From Paraspadella gotoi (Eukaryota > Animalia > Chaetognatha), in contig CM119267.1 in assembly GCA_051294375.1 (NCBI GenBank), forward strand, positions 2,363,738 to 2,427,737: a DNA stretch of 64,000 bases. The letters run 5' to 3'. Below, one piece after another: positions 51,151 through 64,000 of this stretch; the stretch's first letter is position 1, and each line of letters begins with the position of its first letter. A model generated the notes under the pieces. The model was not told the origin of the DNA and searched no databases. It saw nothing but the letters and a program-made list of their open reading frames with translations. Both the position numbers and the translations under genes were made by a program.

Positions 51151-54100
51151 AGAGAGACAAGAAAAGGTTTAATAAAGTTTCACAAAAACAAAGAATTAAC
51201 AGATTAGTGGTCAGTTGTAGAGGACAGATTTAGTTAGGTGAAATGTGAGAGAGAGGAGAGTAAAATAAACAATTACATTTGAGCAATGATACAACAAAAG
51301 ATAAATTAAAGAAACTTGATTTGATTAATGTATAAATAACAAAATTGCAATAAATTAATTTATGAAATTTGAAAATTTGAAAATGAATTAAAAATTTGAA
51401 ATATAAGAGTAGAGTTTAAAATCAGAGGGATAGATAAGTAAAAGATTTTAGTGAATATAAGAGTGTAGAAGAGCTCAAAATATGAAGCGATCAAACCCCA
51501 CTAGTCTCGAAACTCTGGCTTATAGACGCGACAGATGCCCCACCGGCACCAGTCAGCCATGGACCTTTCCTTCATAAGACCTGGGGGGAAGGGGCCTTAG
51601 CTGAAGAATCGAAATACACACAGAGTCAAAACATGTCTGATTTATAATAATAATAAACCGAGTTGTAACAATTCAAAAATCCTTGTGAATATTTATTTTT
51701 AAAAGTTATTATTATCTATTCATTCTATGAATCTATGCTTCATAGATATTTTTCCCAATTAGACATTGACTGATTTTTTCAAATGAGAAATGATAAATAT
51801 GTAATCCCGATTCGAGAGTAAAGACCGCATGCGAAAGAGGAGCGAAAGGAGTGAGAGAGGAGAAAGAAAGGAGGAGAGAATCCTCTTCCTTTCCGCGGCA
51901 AAGACGAGCGAATATCAGGAAAGAGCGTAACTTACTCCGCCGCGCAAGAGAAAGGTCCCGCGGCTTATGAGATCACGGCTGAGTCACGCTGACCCAATCA
52001 GCGTGCGAGATAGTGGAGGGAAAGTCAACCATTAATCGAATATTATGCTCCTCTCTCTAATTCTTCAATACACCATCACGCGCAGAGTTCTCTACATTCT
52101 TCTATCGTACGATCTCATGCTCCCACCGCGATCTCACCAAGCATGGGTTATCTCATCACTTGATCTCAAATCAACTATCTTACTGTTCTTCTGTACTTAA
52201 TCCCTCTCTCTCCTCTCTCTCAAAGTCCGCTTTTTTTATTTTTTTTGTGTGACGGGTATTATTTTTGTAAAAACAACAGGAAAATCGTATTTAATATATA
52301 ATCAGAATTATTTTCAAGATATTGTAAATAAAAAAATATTTCTTTTTTATTATTTTTCAGTTTTATTCGAACCCTTAATAATACTACTTTTAATTTTCCA
52401 CTTCACACTCTTTTTCTTTTTTTTATCCTTTCCTCTTTTTTAACATTCCCTCCACCACCGTTCCTTTACATACCTACCATTTCAACCTATTCTCACACTC
52501 ATTTTATCCATTTTCTTCATCCCACCTAAAGGAAAGGAACAAACAGGATCTTAAACACAACGTTCCTACTTCACTCCTCTTCATTTCCGACCCCCACCCC
52601 CCCCCGAAATTCATAGAGCACAAAAATCCGGCCCATAAAAAATTTCGATCCTTTATGCTTGTCCCCGCGTCGGTCAGGGCCAGCCCGCATAACATGCCTC
52701 GTAGGCCAAGACATTAAACATAACCCCCATGGAAAATATACAAATATGAAATACTCGGGAGGAGGAAACAGGACGGAGGAGGAGGGGAGGAGGAGGAGGA
52801 TAGAGGAGGAAGAAGAAGAAGAAGGAGGATGGAGAAAGGAGGATGAGGAAGGAGGAAGGAAAGAAGAAGAGATGGAGGAAAAAAGAAAGATGAAAAAAGA
52901 ATTAGTGACAAAGAATGATACAAAGAATGAAAGATGTTCATTCACAAAATGATAAAAATTTAATTATGCACAACTTTGGACGTATGAAAATAATACTCCC
53001 AGCATCTCGGCCGACAGGATACGTATGCAGAGGCGGTTGGGCACGATGAGGGAGGAAAAGGAGAAAAGAAATAAAGAGAAAAAAAAGAAAGAAATAGAGA
53101 GAAAAGGAAAAAAAATAAGGAAAAAAGGGAAAAAAGAAATAGAAAAAAAAAGAAATAAGGAAAAAAAGGAAAGACGATAAGGAAAAAGGAAGGATTAAAA
53201 AAATAGGAGGTTTTGAAAATTTCTTAAATTTTCTACTCGCGATTATTTGGCTTTGCCAAAAAATCACCCCTCTCTCTCTCATCTCTCTCTCCTTGCACAC
53301 TCAGATCGTCACGCTACTCGTGCCATGCAGCTCACATCCTATCATCATCTCCATCTCACTCTATCTCATCTCCGGATCCTCCCAAATACAAGTTTTTTTT
53401 CCGCAAGCATAAATAAAAAATAGAGTATCTTTTTCTCATTTGCCATAAGGAGTCGCAAATTTCTTAGCTTTTAATCCCGACAGTGAGGTTTTTCCACTTA
53501 ACTTTGCCAATATCCAGGATTTTCTTAACCATTCACCATCACAAACATCATTTTAATTTAAATTTTTTTTCCACGCACATTTTTGAAAAAAACCCATCTC
53601 TCTCTCATCACTCGTCTCAGTCGTCCTTCACACCCTGTCTATCTCTCATCGACTTCATCTCATATCTCCTCTCACTGCGTTCTCGCATCCTTCTCTCTCG
53701 AATCTCTCATCGAATCTCTCGTCTCTCTCTCATCTCCTCTCATCCCCCTTCCCCTTCTCTTTCTCCCCCTCTGTCTTCTCTCTTTTAGCATGATTTATTT
53801 GCTTTTATCTAAAATCTATTTCCGAGTGGAAATACCATATTAGTAACTAAATAAAGTCGTTTAGAATTAAAGAAATTCTTTTTTTTTCTTCTTTGGTTCA
53901 CACTGAGGTAATTTACGCTTTGCGCTTGAGACGAGAGAAAGGAGAGAGGGTAGAGAGAGAGCAGAGAGAGAGAGAAGAAGAGAGAGAAGAAGGAGAAGAG
54001 AGAGAGAGAGAGAGAGATAGGTGGCCGGGTTTTGTTGAATGAAGTCCTGGACCGCAACTTTGAATCGGAACCTCAGCGATCCAGACCGTCGTTTTCGTTA

Positions 54101-56219
54101 ATACGTCCGTCGTTCCGTGTCGTCCGTTCGTTCGTTCGTACGTTTCGTCGTTCGTGCGTCGATCGAACGAAACAACGAACGAACGAACGAACGATACGTA
54201 AACGAACGAAGCGAACGGAACGAAACGAAACGAACGCACGAAACGAACGAAAAACAAGAACCGAACGAACGACGAACGAAGTGACATATAACGTCAAAAA
54301 AGTCGCGATTGAACAAACAAATTAATTTAGAATTATTGCTCGTTGTCATGACCGAGAAAGCGGTCATATAAGCGTATCGAAGCGGACGAAGACGGACGAT
54401 ATGAAGAAGCGGACGAAAGAATGAAGAAGCGGACGATTAGAAAAGAAGCGGGACGAATTGAAATAAATACGCAACGAACGATCTCGATTATTATAGGATT
54501 ATTTTTTTTTATTTATTTTATTCTTTTAAAAATTTATATCAATTGTTATTTTAAATTATCATCGATCGCTTCCGACGGCCAGAGACAAGGTGAGGGAGAG
54601 AGAGAGGGAGAGAGAGAGAGGGATGAGAGAGGAGAGAGAGAGAGAGGGAGAGAGAGATAGGGAGAGAAGGGGAGAGAGTGAGAGAGAGAGAGAGAGGCGG
54701 GGAGGAAAGGAGCCTCCGTTAATTGACACAGAGGAAATTTGGAACGAGAAACCAAATGACGACCGCCTGTCAGCATCGAAAGGCGTTTTGGGGACATGGT
54801 TCGTCGTTTTGTTGTTGTCGATAGTCATCGTTGAGTCAGTTGTCGTCGTCGTCGAGGTCACGTCGTTTTTGTTGTTGTTGGTTTTTTTTTTATTTCGAAA
54901 GAGAAGCCCAGATTAAATGTTTCTGGTTGAATTGGAAAATTAGCAGTTTGAATCTGCAATCAATTGAGGGAAAGAAAGGAAAAAAGGAAAAGAAATGGAT
55001 TCGTAAAGAAGAATCCATGAGCAAATTAAAAAGGATAAAAAGGAAGAACGGGAAAAAAAAGGAGTAGAGAGAAAAGAAAGGGAAAGGAAAGGGAAAGAGG
55101 AAAGGAAAGGAAAGGAAAGGGAAAGGAAAAAGAAAGGCAACGAAAGGAAAAAAAAGGAAAAAGAAAGGAAGAAAAGGAAGAAAGGAAAGGGAAAGAAAGT
55201 AAAAGAAAAGGGAAAAAGGAAAAAGGAAAGGAAGAAAGAAATAAGGGAGAGAGAAAAGAGAACAGAAAAAGGAAGGAGAAGGAAAAAAGAAAGAAAAAGG
55301 AAGAAGAAGCAAAAAATATGAAAGGACAAACCCCGAAAATAAAAGCAAATCAAAAAGAAGCAAAGGAAAGAGGTAAGAAAGCAAAGCAAAACGCAAATCA
55401 AAAGGACAAAGGAAAGGAAAGCAAAGCAAAGGAAAAGGAAAGGAAAGAAAGCCAAAGCAAAATATCCAAATCAAAGCAAAGGAAGGTAAGGCAAAGCAAG
55501 CAGCAAAAGCACAAAGCAAAAGGAAAGCAAGGCTAACCGTTTAATTCAGGAAGAAACGTTTCTGAGTATGAATTGTGGAAAATGCTGTAAGATTGAAAGC
55601 GACCGATTTAAACCACTCACGGGGCGGTTTTTATATATATATAATATAAAAGAGCCGATTCACCCCACAATTCACATCATACATCTCATCGATTTGCATT
55701 GTCCTCGAGTTCGATCGGTCGTCGGTCATAGTCGCCGTCACATGCGTCGTCGAGGTACCAACAGAGGGGTACAGTTCGGGTCAAAGTAGAGTGTCACGTC
55801 AAACAACTGTGTTTATTATCTTCACAATGGCGAACTGAAATGTTAACAAAAAAAGGTTCTTCTCTTTTCTAATATGGAAGGCTTTTATCCTCGTTAATAA
55901 ACGGCATCAACGTCAACACTTTCCCTCTGAAGAACGGGCTCTACATATCTCTCTCCATCAATCATCTACTTCACTCCCGTCTCTTTTTTTTTCCTTTTTC
56001 TTTTTTCTTTTTCTTTATCCCTCAATCATTTTGCTTTCTTTTCTTTTTTTTAAAACTTTTCCTCTTACTTTCTTTTTCTCTTTCCTTATATTTTATTAAA
56101 CTTGATTCTTATTTTTTTCTTTTATCTTTCCTTAACTCTCTTTGTTTTTTTTTTAAGTTATAGTTTATCTTTTTTACTGTTCTTTTAGTCAATTTCTTCT
56201 CTTGTCTTTCTTTTCTTTC

Positions 56220-59200
56220 TTTCCCCCCCCTTTCCCCCTCATTTCCCCCCCCCGCCCTCCCCCTCCCCCCCCCCCACCCACCCCCCCCTCCCAACCCCCC
56301 TTCCCCCCTCCACCCTACTCTATCCCTCCCCCCCCCCCCCCCCCACCCCCCCCTTCCCCTCTCAATTTCCCCGCCCCCCCCCCCCCTCCCCCCCCACCCC
56401 CCCCCCCACCCCCCCCCCCCCCCACCTCATCCACGCCCCCCCCCCACCCCACCCCCCCCTTCCCCACCCTTCTCTGCCCCTCCCCCGCCTCTTTCCTCCC
56501 CCTTCCCCCCTTTCTTTTCCCTCTCGCTCCCCCTCTCTCTCTCTTCTCGTCATCTCTGTTCACCTTCTTCTCTCTCTTTCGTTACCCTTTTTCCCCACTT
56601 CATCTCCTCGCCTCCATCCCTTCACTCTCTCGTCGTTCCTCCATGCTTCTCCTCCCCATCTCTCGTCTCTCTTCCATCCATGATTCTCTCATTTCCATAT
56701 TCCCCTCCCTTTCCCTAATCTTTCCACCCAAACCCTCTCTACTTCTCATATTCCTCCCCCCCTTTTCCACTCCTATCCTCACGCTCTCTCATTTTCCTTT
56801 CTCCCCTCTTCCACCTCTTCTTCCATCTCCCCCTTCTTTTTTCTATATCCTCTTTCATTATCTTTTCTAGTCTTCCCCTCTCTTCTCTCCTCTTCTTTTC
56901 ATTTCTCCATTATCATTATCGTCTTTTTCTTTTCTCTTCCGTCCTCCCCCCCCCCTCCCCACCCCACCCTCCCTCCCTCTCACAGCCCCCCCCCCCCCCC
57001 CTCCACATACCCCCCCTCCCCTCCCCCCTCCCGCCCCCCCCACCCCCCCACACCCTTCCCCCTCCCCACACCCCCCCCCCCCTCTCCCCACTCCTCCCCC
57101 CCCCTTTTTTCCCCCCTTTTTTTCCCCCCCCCCCCATTTTTTATCCCACCCCGCATCCCCCCCACCCACCGCCCCCCGCCCCCCCTCCCTCCCCCCCCTC
57201 CCCTCACCCCCCCCCCCCCCACCTCACTCCCTAGTTCTCCCCCCATCCCTCCACTCACCTACCCCCCACCCCCCACCGTCCTCCCCCACCCTTCACTCCC
57301 CCCATCCCCCCCTCCCCCCCCCCCCATCCCCTCCCCTGCCCCCCCCCCATCTTCCCGACCCCCCTTACCCCCCCCTTTTTTTTTTATCACCCCCCCCCCC
57401 CCCCTTTTTTTTCCCCTTTTTTTTCTCCCCCCCCCACATCCTTTCCCCTTTTCCCCCACCACTTTTTTCCCCCCAACCGTCCATCCCTCCCCCCCACCCC
57501 CCCTTCCTCCCCCCCCCCCCCCCCCTTTTTCCCCCCCCTGCCCCCCCACCCCTCCCCCCCACCCCCCCCTCCCCCCCGTTCCCCCCCCCCCCCCCCCTCC
57601 ACCCCCCCCTCCCCTTCACCACCTCTCTTTTTTTAACATCCCCCACCCCCCCCCCCCCTTTTCTCGCCCCCCCCCTTAATCTCCCCCCCCCCACCCCTTT
57701 CCCCCTATTCTCCCCCCACCCCTTTTCTCCTTTTTTTTTTCTCCTTTTTCTCCCCCCCCCCCCCCACCCCCCCCCCCCCTCTTCCCCCCCCCCCCCCCCC
57801 CCCCCCCTTCTATTTTCTTCTCTTCTTTTTTCACCCCTATTCCGCCCTCCCCCTATTTCCCTCCCCCCCCGCCCACCGCTGCCATCCCCCCCCCCCCCCT
57901 CCCCCCTCCCCCCCCATCCCCCCCCCCCCCTTCCCCACCCCCTCCTCCCCTTCCCCCTTTATTTCCCCCCCCTCCCATCCCACCCCCCCCACTCCCTCCC
58001 CCCCGCTCCCCTTTTTTCCCCCCCCCCCCCCCTTTCTTTTTCCCCCCACCCCCCCCCCCTTATCTTTTTTTTCTTTTTTATTTTTTTTTTTTCCCGCCCG
58101 CTTCCTTCTTCCTTCCCTGCTTCTCCTTTTTCCCCCGCCACCTTCCCCCCCCCCCCCCCCCATTCTTCCCCCCCCCCCCCCCCCCCCCCCCTCCCTCTCC
58201 CCCTATTCCTCCACCCACCCCCCCCCCCCCCCTCCCCACCCTTTTCGCCCCCCCCTTTCCCCCCTCCCACCACCCTCGTTCCACCCCCCCCCCTTCTCCC
58301 ACCCTCTCCCCTCACCCCCCCGCACCCTTCTCCCTCTTCGCTCCCCCCCCCCCCCCCCCATCTTCCTCTCGCCCCCACCCACCCCCCCCTTTTTTTCCCC
58401 CTCTTTTCGTTTTCCCTCCCCCCCCCCTGCCCCTTTTTCCCCCCTCCCCTCCCACTCCGCCCCCCCCCCCCTCCCCCTCCCCGTCTCCCCCCCTCCCCTC
58501 GACCTCCCCCCCCCCCCCCACCTCCCCCCCCACCCCGCCCCCTTCCCCCCCCCTAAACCACCCCCTCCCTCCCCCCCCCGTCCCCCCCGCCTCCCCCCCC
58601 CATTCCCCTTTCCCACCCCCACCCCCACCCCCCCTCCACGCCACCCTCCCTCCCCCCCCCCCTCCCTCCCCCCCCCCCCCCCCCCAGCCCCCCCCCCCCC
58701 CCCCCCTACTCCTCCTCCCACCTCCCTTCCCCCCCTCCCCCTTTCCCCCCCCCCCTCCGTCCCCCCCCCCACCCCCCCCCCCCCCCTCCCCCCCCCCCTA
58801 CCCCCCTCCCACCCCCCCCATCCCCCTTTTTTTTCCCCCCACCACCACCCCCCCCCACTCCCGCTCCCCCCCGCCCCTCCCCCCCCCCCCCACTTTTTCC
58901 TTTTTATTTTCCCTCCCTCCCTCCCCACCTTTTTTTTTTTTTTTTTCCCTCCTCCCCACCCACATTCCACTCCCCCCCCCTATCCCCCTTTCCCCACCCC
59001 TCCCCCCCCCCCCCCACCCCCCCCCTCCACAACCCCCCCCCTTCTCCCCCCCCACCCCCCCCCCCTCCCCCCCCCTCCCCCCCCTCCCACCCCCCCCCTC
59101 ATCCCCCCCCCCCTCCCACCTTCCCCTTTTCCCCCCCCCCCCCCCCTTTATTTTTATTACCCTCCCCCCCCCCCCCCCACCCCCCACCCCTCCCCCCCCC

Positions 59201-59994
59201 CCACCCCCCTTTCTCCCCCCAACCCCCCCCCCCCTTCCAACCCCCCACCCACACCACCTCCCCCCCCCCCCCCCCCCCCACCCCCCCCCCCCCCCCGCCC
59301 TACCCCCCCATTTTCACCCCCCTCTCCCTCCCCCCCACCCCTTTTTCCTCCCTCCCACCCCCTCCCCCCCCTTCCTCCCCCCCCCCCCCCCCCCCCTTTT
59401 TTTTTTTTTTTTTTGTTTTTCCCCCCCCTCCCCCAGCCTTCTTTCCAGCCCACCCCTCCCCCCCCCTCACCTCCCCCCCACCCTCCTCCCCCGCCCCCCC
59501 CCCACCCCCCCCCTTCACCCCCCCTTCCCCCCCCACCTCCTATCCCCCTCCCCCTCCCCGCCCTCATCCACCCCCCCCCCTCCCCCGCCCCCCCTCTCTT
59601 CTCCCCCCCCCGTTTTTTTTTGTATCCCCCCCCCCCTCCCCCCCCCCCCCCTCCCCCCCCCCCCCCACCCCCCCCCTTCCCCCCATCCCCACCCCCCCCC
59701 CCACCCCACCCATTTTATTTTTTCCCCCCTTTTAATTTTTTTTTTTTTTTCCCCCCCAACCCCCCCGCCCCCCCTCACTCCCACCCCCCCCCCCCCTTTT
59801 TTTCGCCTCCCACCCCCCCCCCCCCTCCCGCCCCCCCCATCCCCCCCCGCCCCCCCCCCCCTTTTATTTTATTTTTTTATTTTTTCCTCCCTCCCCCCCT
59901 CTTTATTTTTTTTTTTTTTTTTTTTTTTTTTTTCACCCCCCCCCCCCTTTTTTTTTCGCTTTTTTTTTTTTTTTTTTCCCCCCCCCCCCTATTA

Positions 59995-60027
<33 letters not shown>

Positions 60028-60167
60028 TTTTTTTTTTTATTCCCCCCAACCTTTATTCCTCCCGCCCCCCCTTTTATGTCCGCTTTTCTTTTTTTCTTAT
60101 TTTCTATTTTTTTTTTTTTTTTTTTTTTTTGTTTTTTTTTTTTTTTTATATGATTTTTTTTTTTATT

Positions 60168-60203
<36 letters not shown>

Positions 60204-60322
60204 TTTTTCTTTTTTATTTTTATTATTTTTTATTTATTTTTCTTTTATTTATTTTTTTTTTTATTTGTTTTTTTTTTTTTTTATTTTTTCATTGTTATTT
60301 TTTTTTATAGTTTTTTTTTTTT

Positions 60323-60354
<32 letters not shown>

Positions 60355-60693
60355 TTTTTTGTTTATTTTTTTTTTTATTTTTATTTTTTTTTCCCCTTTT
60401 TTTTTTTTTCCACCCCCTTTTTTTTTTATTTTTTTTTTTTCCACCCCCCCCCTCCACCCCCCCCACCCACTCCCCCCCCCCTTCCTCCCTGTTTTTTTTC
60501 TTTTTTATATTTTTTTTTGTTTTTTTTTTACCCCCCCTTTTTTTTTTGTTGTTTTTTTTTTTTTTTTTATTGTTCCTTCCATCCCCGCTTTTCCCCCTCC
60601 CCCTTCCCTCCCCGCCCCCCCCCACCTTTTTTTTTATTTTTTCTTTATTTATTTTTTTTTTTTTTTTTTTCATTTTTTTTTTTTATATTTTTT

Positions 60694-60741
<48 letters not shown>

Positions 60742-60860
60742 CCTCCGCCCCCCCCGCACCTGTTTTATTTTCCCTTTTTTTCTATTTTTTTTTTTTTTTA
60801 TTGTTTTTTATTGTCCCCCCCCCCCCTCCCCCCCCCCCCACCCTCACCAGACCCCCCTTT
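56220..60860 (+). other. Aperiodic poly-C, then poly-T, low-complexity stretch; probably low-quality long-read sequence
   Basis: About 4.6 kb of irregular C and T homopolymers with no consistent period, directly continuing the noisy inverted arm. Confidence 0.75.
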
Positions 60861-61639
60861 CTTCTTACGATTCTTTAGATTTCTTTCTTTTCCCCCGTTT
60901 CTTTTCCAACCCTCATTCTCACACCTAGAAATGAAGAAAAACTTTTCCATTGCTTTTTCTTTTATTTCTCTCTTTTTCCTCTCCTCTTTCTTGTTTCTTC
61001 TTTTTCTTGTTTTCTCTTTCCTCTTTCTCCTCTCGTCCCTTCATATTTTATTCTCTCTCTCATTTACTCTCCTTTCTCTTACCTTCTCTTCTTCTCTCCT
61101 TCCCCTCCGTCTTCTCTATCCACCCCCCTATTCTATCCCCCTCTTCTTCGTCTCTTCCTTAACCTTCCCACTCTTACTCATCCTCCATAAGCTCTCTATC
61201 TCTTCTCTTTAATCCTTATTTTTCTACTATCTATTAAACATAGCATATTTATTGTGTTTATTAATTTTTTTCTTTTCTCTTTTTCTCCTTAACCTTTCCC
61301 CTTTCTCCTCTTTTTTTTTCTCACACTTTCTTCCATTTACGTTACCCCACTTCCATATTCTAACCTCTACCACTTTCTTTTATTTCTTCTTTTTACATTC
61401 TCCATTTCTCATATTTCTCTCCCTTCACCTCCCTCATATTTCGACTATCACCTTGTTTTCTCATTTTTTAACCACCTCTCTTTTATCTTTATTTCCATCT
61501 TCTTCATCCAACCCTCCTTCCCCCCGCTCTTCTCCCCCCTCCTTTATCCTCCTCCTTCCCTACTCTCCTCCTCCTCATCTCCCTTCCACTCCTCTCTCCT
61601 CTCTTATCTCACTTTCTCTATACTCTCAACATCTCACTT

Positions 61640-61675
<36 letters not shown>

Positions 61676-61959
61676 GTCGCTGCAGGCCTCGCGGTGCCGG
61701 ATCCCCTAAAATTTTTGACGCGCGAAATTCATTTTTTCAATTTTTTTAATATTCGATTTTTACGTTTACCTAAAATAATAATTGAGTATAGAAAAAAAGA
61801 AATGAATCTCAAGATCAAAAAAAAAGTTTAAATATAGAAAATATATTTTAAATTCTTTTTTTTTTAACAAAATGAAAAATAAATTTGAACCAAAAACAAA
61901 AAAAGGAGAAACGAGAAAGAAATTCGACGACCATAAAAAGGTTGCGACCAGACGTGAAC

Positions 61960-62082
61960 TCTGGCGGGGAGATTGAAAACGAGGCTGAGCGAGAGGGAGA
62001 CGGAGTAGGATAGAGAGAGAGAGACATCACCCTTTCTCTCTCTGGCGGGAGATATTGAAAACGAGGCTGAGCGAGAGGGAGA
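61960..62082 (+). repeat. ~41-bp direct repeat
   Basis: 'tctggcgggg..agattgaaaacgaggctgagcgagagggaga' at 61960 and 62041. Confidence 0.88.
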
Positions 62083-62703
62083 GTGGAGAATTAAAATGAA
62101 AAAAAAAGACTAACCTATCAAAATGGCGAAAGTATTTCTTCCTCCAAAAATTCCCGCCCCCGAGTGTGCTGCTATGGGCGACCCAGGGTGTAGTTCCAAA
62201 GCCCAAAGGTGACCCCGTAAGTGTACTACATTCACATACCCTAAAAAGCCACTCCATAAAGCTATAAATTTATATACCCCTGGTTCTCCTGGGATAGCCA
62301 ATCGTTTTTATAATTTTAGAATACTTTTAATTATTATTAGCACCCCCGAAAGAATCGAAAAGGATTACTCTCGGGGAATCGCCCTCAGTAGATATAATCT
62401 GTTTCCCTTTGGAATTGGCCAACCGTGACCGCCCCTCCGGTCGTCGAAGAGGGGCTTGACGTCTCTCACGGTTCTCAATCTTTCGTCCTCCCATTTTTAT
62501 AGGATTAATATCTTCTGTTTAAATTTTTGGGAGGAAAAAGACAATTACAGGAAAAAAGGAACTGAAAAAAAAAAGGAAAATGATGGGAAAAGGGAAAATA
62601 TGCAAGAAAAGTAAAAAAAAAAAGAAAAAAGAGAGAAAAAGTTTTGTTCTGGAAGAAAAAATGGAAAATCGATAGAAAATGCGGGTTAAAAGCGGATTTG
62701 GTT

Positions 62704-62770
62704 GGCGGTGGCGGTGGGAGTGGTGGCGGTGGGAGTGGTGGCGGTGGGAGTGGTTGCGGTGGGAGTGGTG
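62704..62770 (+). repeat. 15-bp G-rich tandem repeat (ggcggtgggagtggt) x4
   Basis: Direct reading of the sequence. Confidence 0.9.
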
Positions 62771-63063
62771 ACAGGGGTGGCGAAAGCAGGGTGTGTCAGC
62801 GAGTGCGTTGTGGTCTTCTTGTTGGAGTGAATGACCCAGATAGCGAGAGAGAGTCTTGATTGAAAGCTTGCAGGGTCCTGCTAATGTTAATGTCTTGTAA
62901 GAGGGATGGAAGCTTTAAACTACCATAGCCTGTCCAAAGTCAGGAGCAAGATAGCTTATTTATAAAATGAATGGCTAATTTTTGTATATTGGTTGTATTA
63001 ATTTAATTCATATCACAACATTCGAAAAGTCTTGTCTATACCGTTTCTTTAAATTTGGCGGGT

Positions 63064-63242
63064 ACAGATTGAAGCCAATCAATTGATAGCAATCAATCAA
63101 TGGACAGATTGAATTTAATCAATTGATAGCAACCAATCAATGAACAGATAGAAGCCAATTAATTAATAGCAACCAATCAATGGACCGATTTAAGCCAATC
63201 AATTAATTGCTACCAATCAATTGATTGCAACCAATCAATGGA
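63064..63242 (+). repeat. 40-bp minisatellite rich in CCAAT / ATCAAT motifs (acagattgaagccaatcaattgatagcaaccaatcaatgg)
   Basis: Units start at 63064, 63104, 63144, 63184. Confidence 0.92.
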
Positions 63243-63424
63243 GGCGAATGTTCTCAGGCGGTTAGAAAGAGATTATTTCATGAGATGAATTTTCTTCTTG
63301 CGTCAACAGGAACGATTATCTGTCATGATACATTGATACACGATTCTCGGAATGAGAGATGCGAGTTGGCGATATCCCATTTATCGCATGAAACCTTTAG
63401 GTCAAGGATGTTGAGGCCTTTCTG

Positions 63425-63459
<35 letters not shown>

Positions 63460-64000
63460 TCTCTCTCGATTTCGACCCAAGCAGCGACCTAAGATGACCC
63501 ATCGTCAAATCACTTTTTTTTCTTTTTCACATTATTTTTATCTAGAAAGGCTTTTAACACTTTTTTTTTGGATAAGTTTTGGTTAATAATAAAAAGTCAT
63601 AAATAGAGCTAAGGAAATTTGGGCTTGTTATTAAAGAAGCTGAAGATGAAGGGGGGAGATAGAGAGGATAGAGAGAGAGGAGTGAGAGAGAGAAGGAGAG
63701 AGAGAGAGAGAGAGAGTAGAGAGAGAGAAGAGAGTAGAGAGAATTCCATCAGACCTCAAAACAAATGTTAAGAATACTGCGATGTCACAACCATAAAATA
63801 TGAACGTACCCTTTTCGGCGCTGAGAATGAATAGAAGGCGTAAAACAATCGAGAGTAAGGAATGGGAGGNNNNNNNNNNNNNNNNNNNNNNNNNGGAGGA
63901 GGAGGAGGAGGAAAAGGAAAATGAACTCGGGAGAAAAAAGAGGAAAAAAATGAAGGAAAAACAAAAAATAAAGAAAAAAAAGGTAATCATTAAACAATCA

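Larger units (their letters stand above)
45420..56205. repeat. Large inverted duplication: left arm ~45420-49290, right arm ~52265-56205, centre ~50.8 kb
   Basis: Colinear reverse-complement anchors: 45760 'tcttcagagggaagtgttga' vs ~55915; 46021 'tactcagaaacgtttcttcctga' vs ~55545; 46645 'gctgacaggcggtcgtcatttgg' vs ~54755; 48720 'cgtccaaagttg...tgtgaatgaacatctttcattctttg' vs ~52920-52980; 49187 'aagggttcgataaaactgaaaaa' vs ~52355. Paired coordinates sum to ~101.4-101.7 kb. Confidence 0.92.

Noticed and set aside
56202-61212. Gly-rich, Pro-rich and Phe-rich ORFs (collagen-, extensin- or formin-like)
   Set aside because: Derived from aperiodic homopolymer sequence with no triplet periodicity.
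62140-62300. Promoter-like motifs (ttcccgcc, tataaa, ccaat)
   Set aside because: Short motifs expected by chance, with no associated gene.

Overview
Eukaryotic (metazoan, probably arthropod; this is inferred from composition only) non-coding DNA that is AT-rich and dense in microsatellites. It comes from a gapped draft assembly with many gaps of exactly 25 N, which suggests long-read gap filling. I cannot support any protein-coding gene, rRNA, tRNA or CRISPR array. The long ORFs are translations of (GA)n/(TC)n, (ATT)n, (TCC)n or poly-C tracts and N-runs. Visible structure: (1) a direct tandem array of a ~6.75-kb unit over ~0.8-21.2 kb, in four partial or complete copies that differ mostly by single-base indels; (2) a ~350-390-bp non-autonomous Helentron-type (HINE/DINE-1-like) element inside that unit, plus a diverged solo copy at 22058-22409; (3) two inverted duplications (32.3-34.0 kb and 45.4-56.2 kb) and a 4.6-kb poly-C/poly-T stretch that look like raw long-read artefacts; (4) many distinct minisatellites and microsatellites; (5) two low-confidence coding-like remnants near 25.7-26.5 kb and 62.8-63.0 kb.
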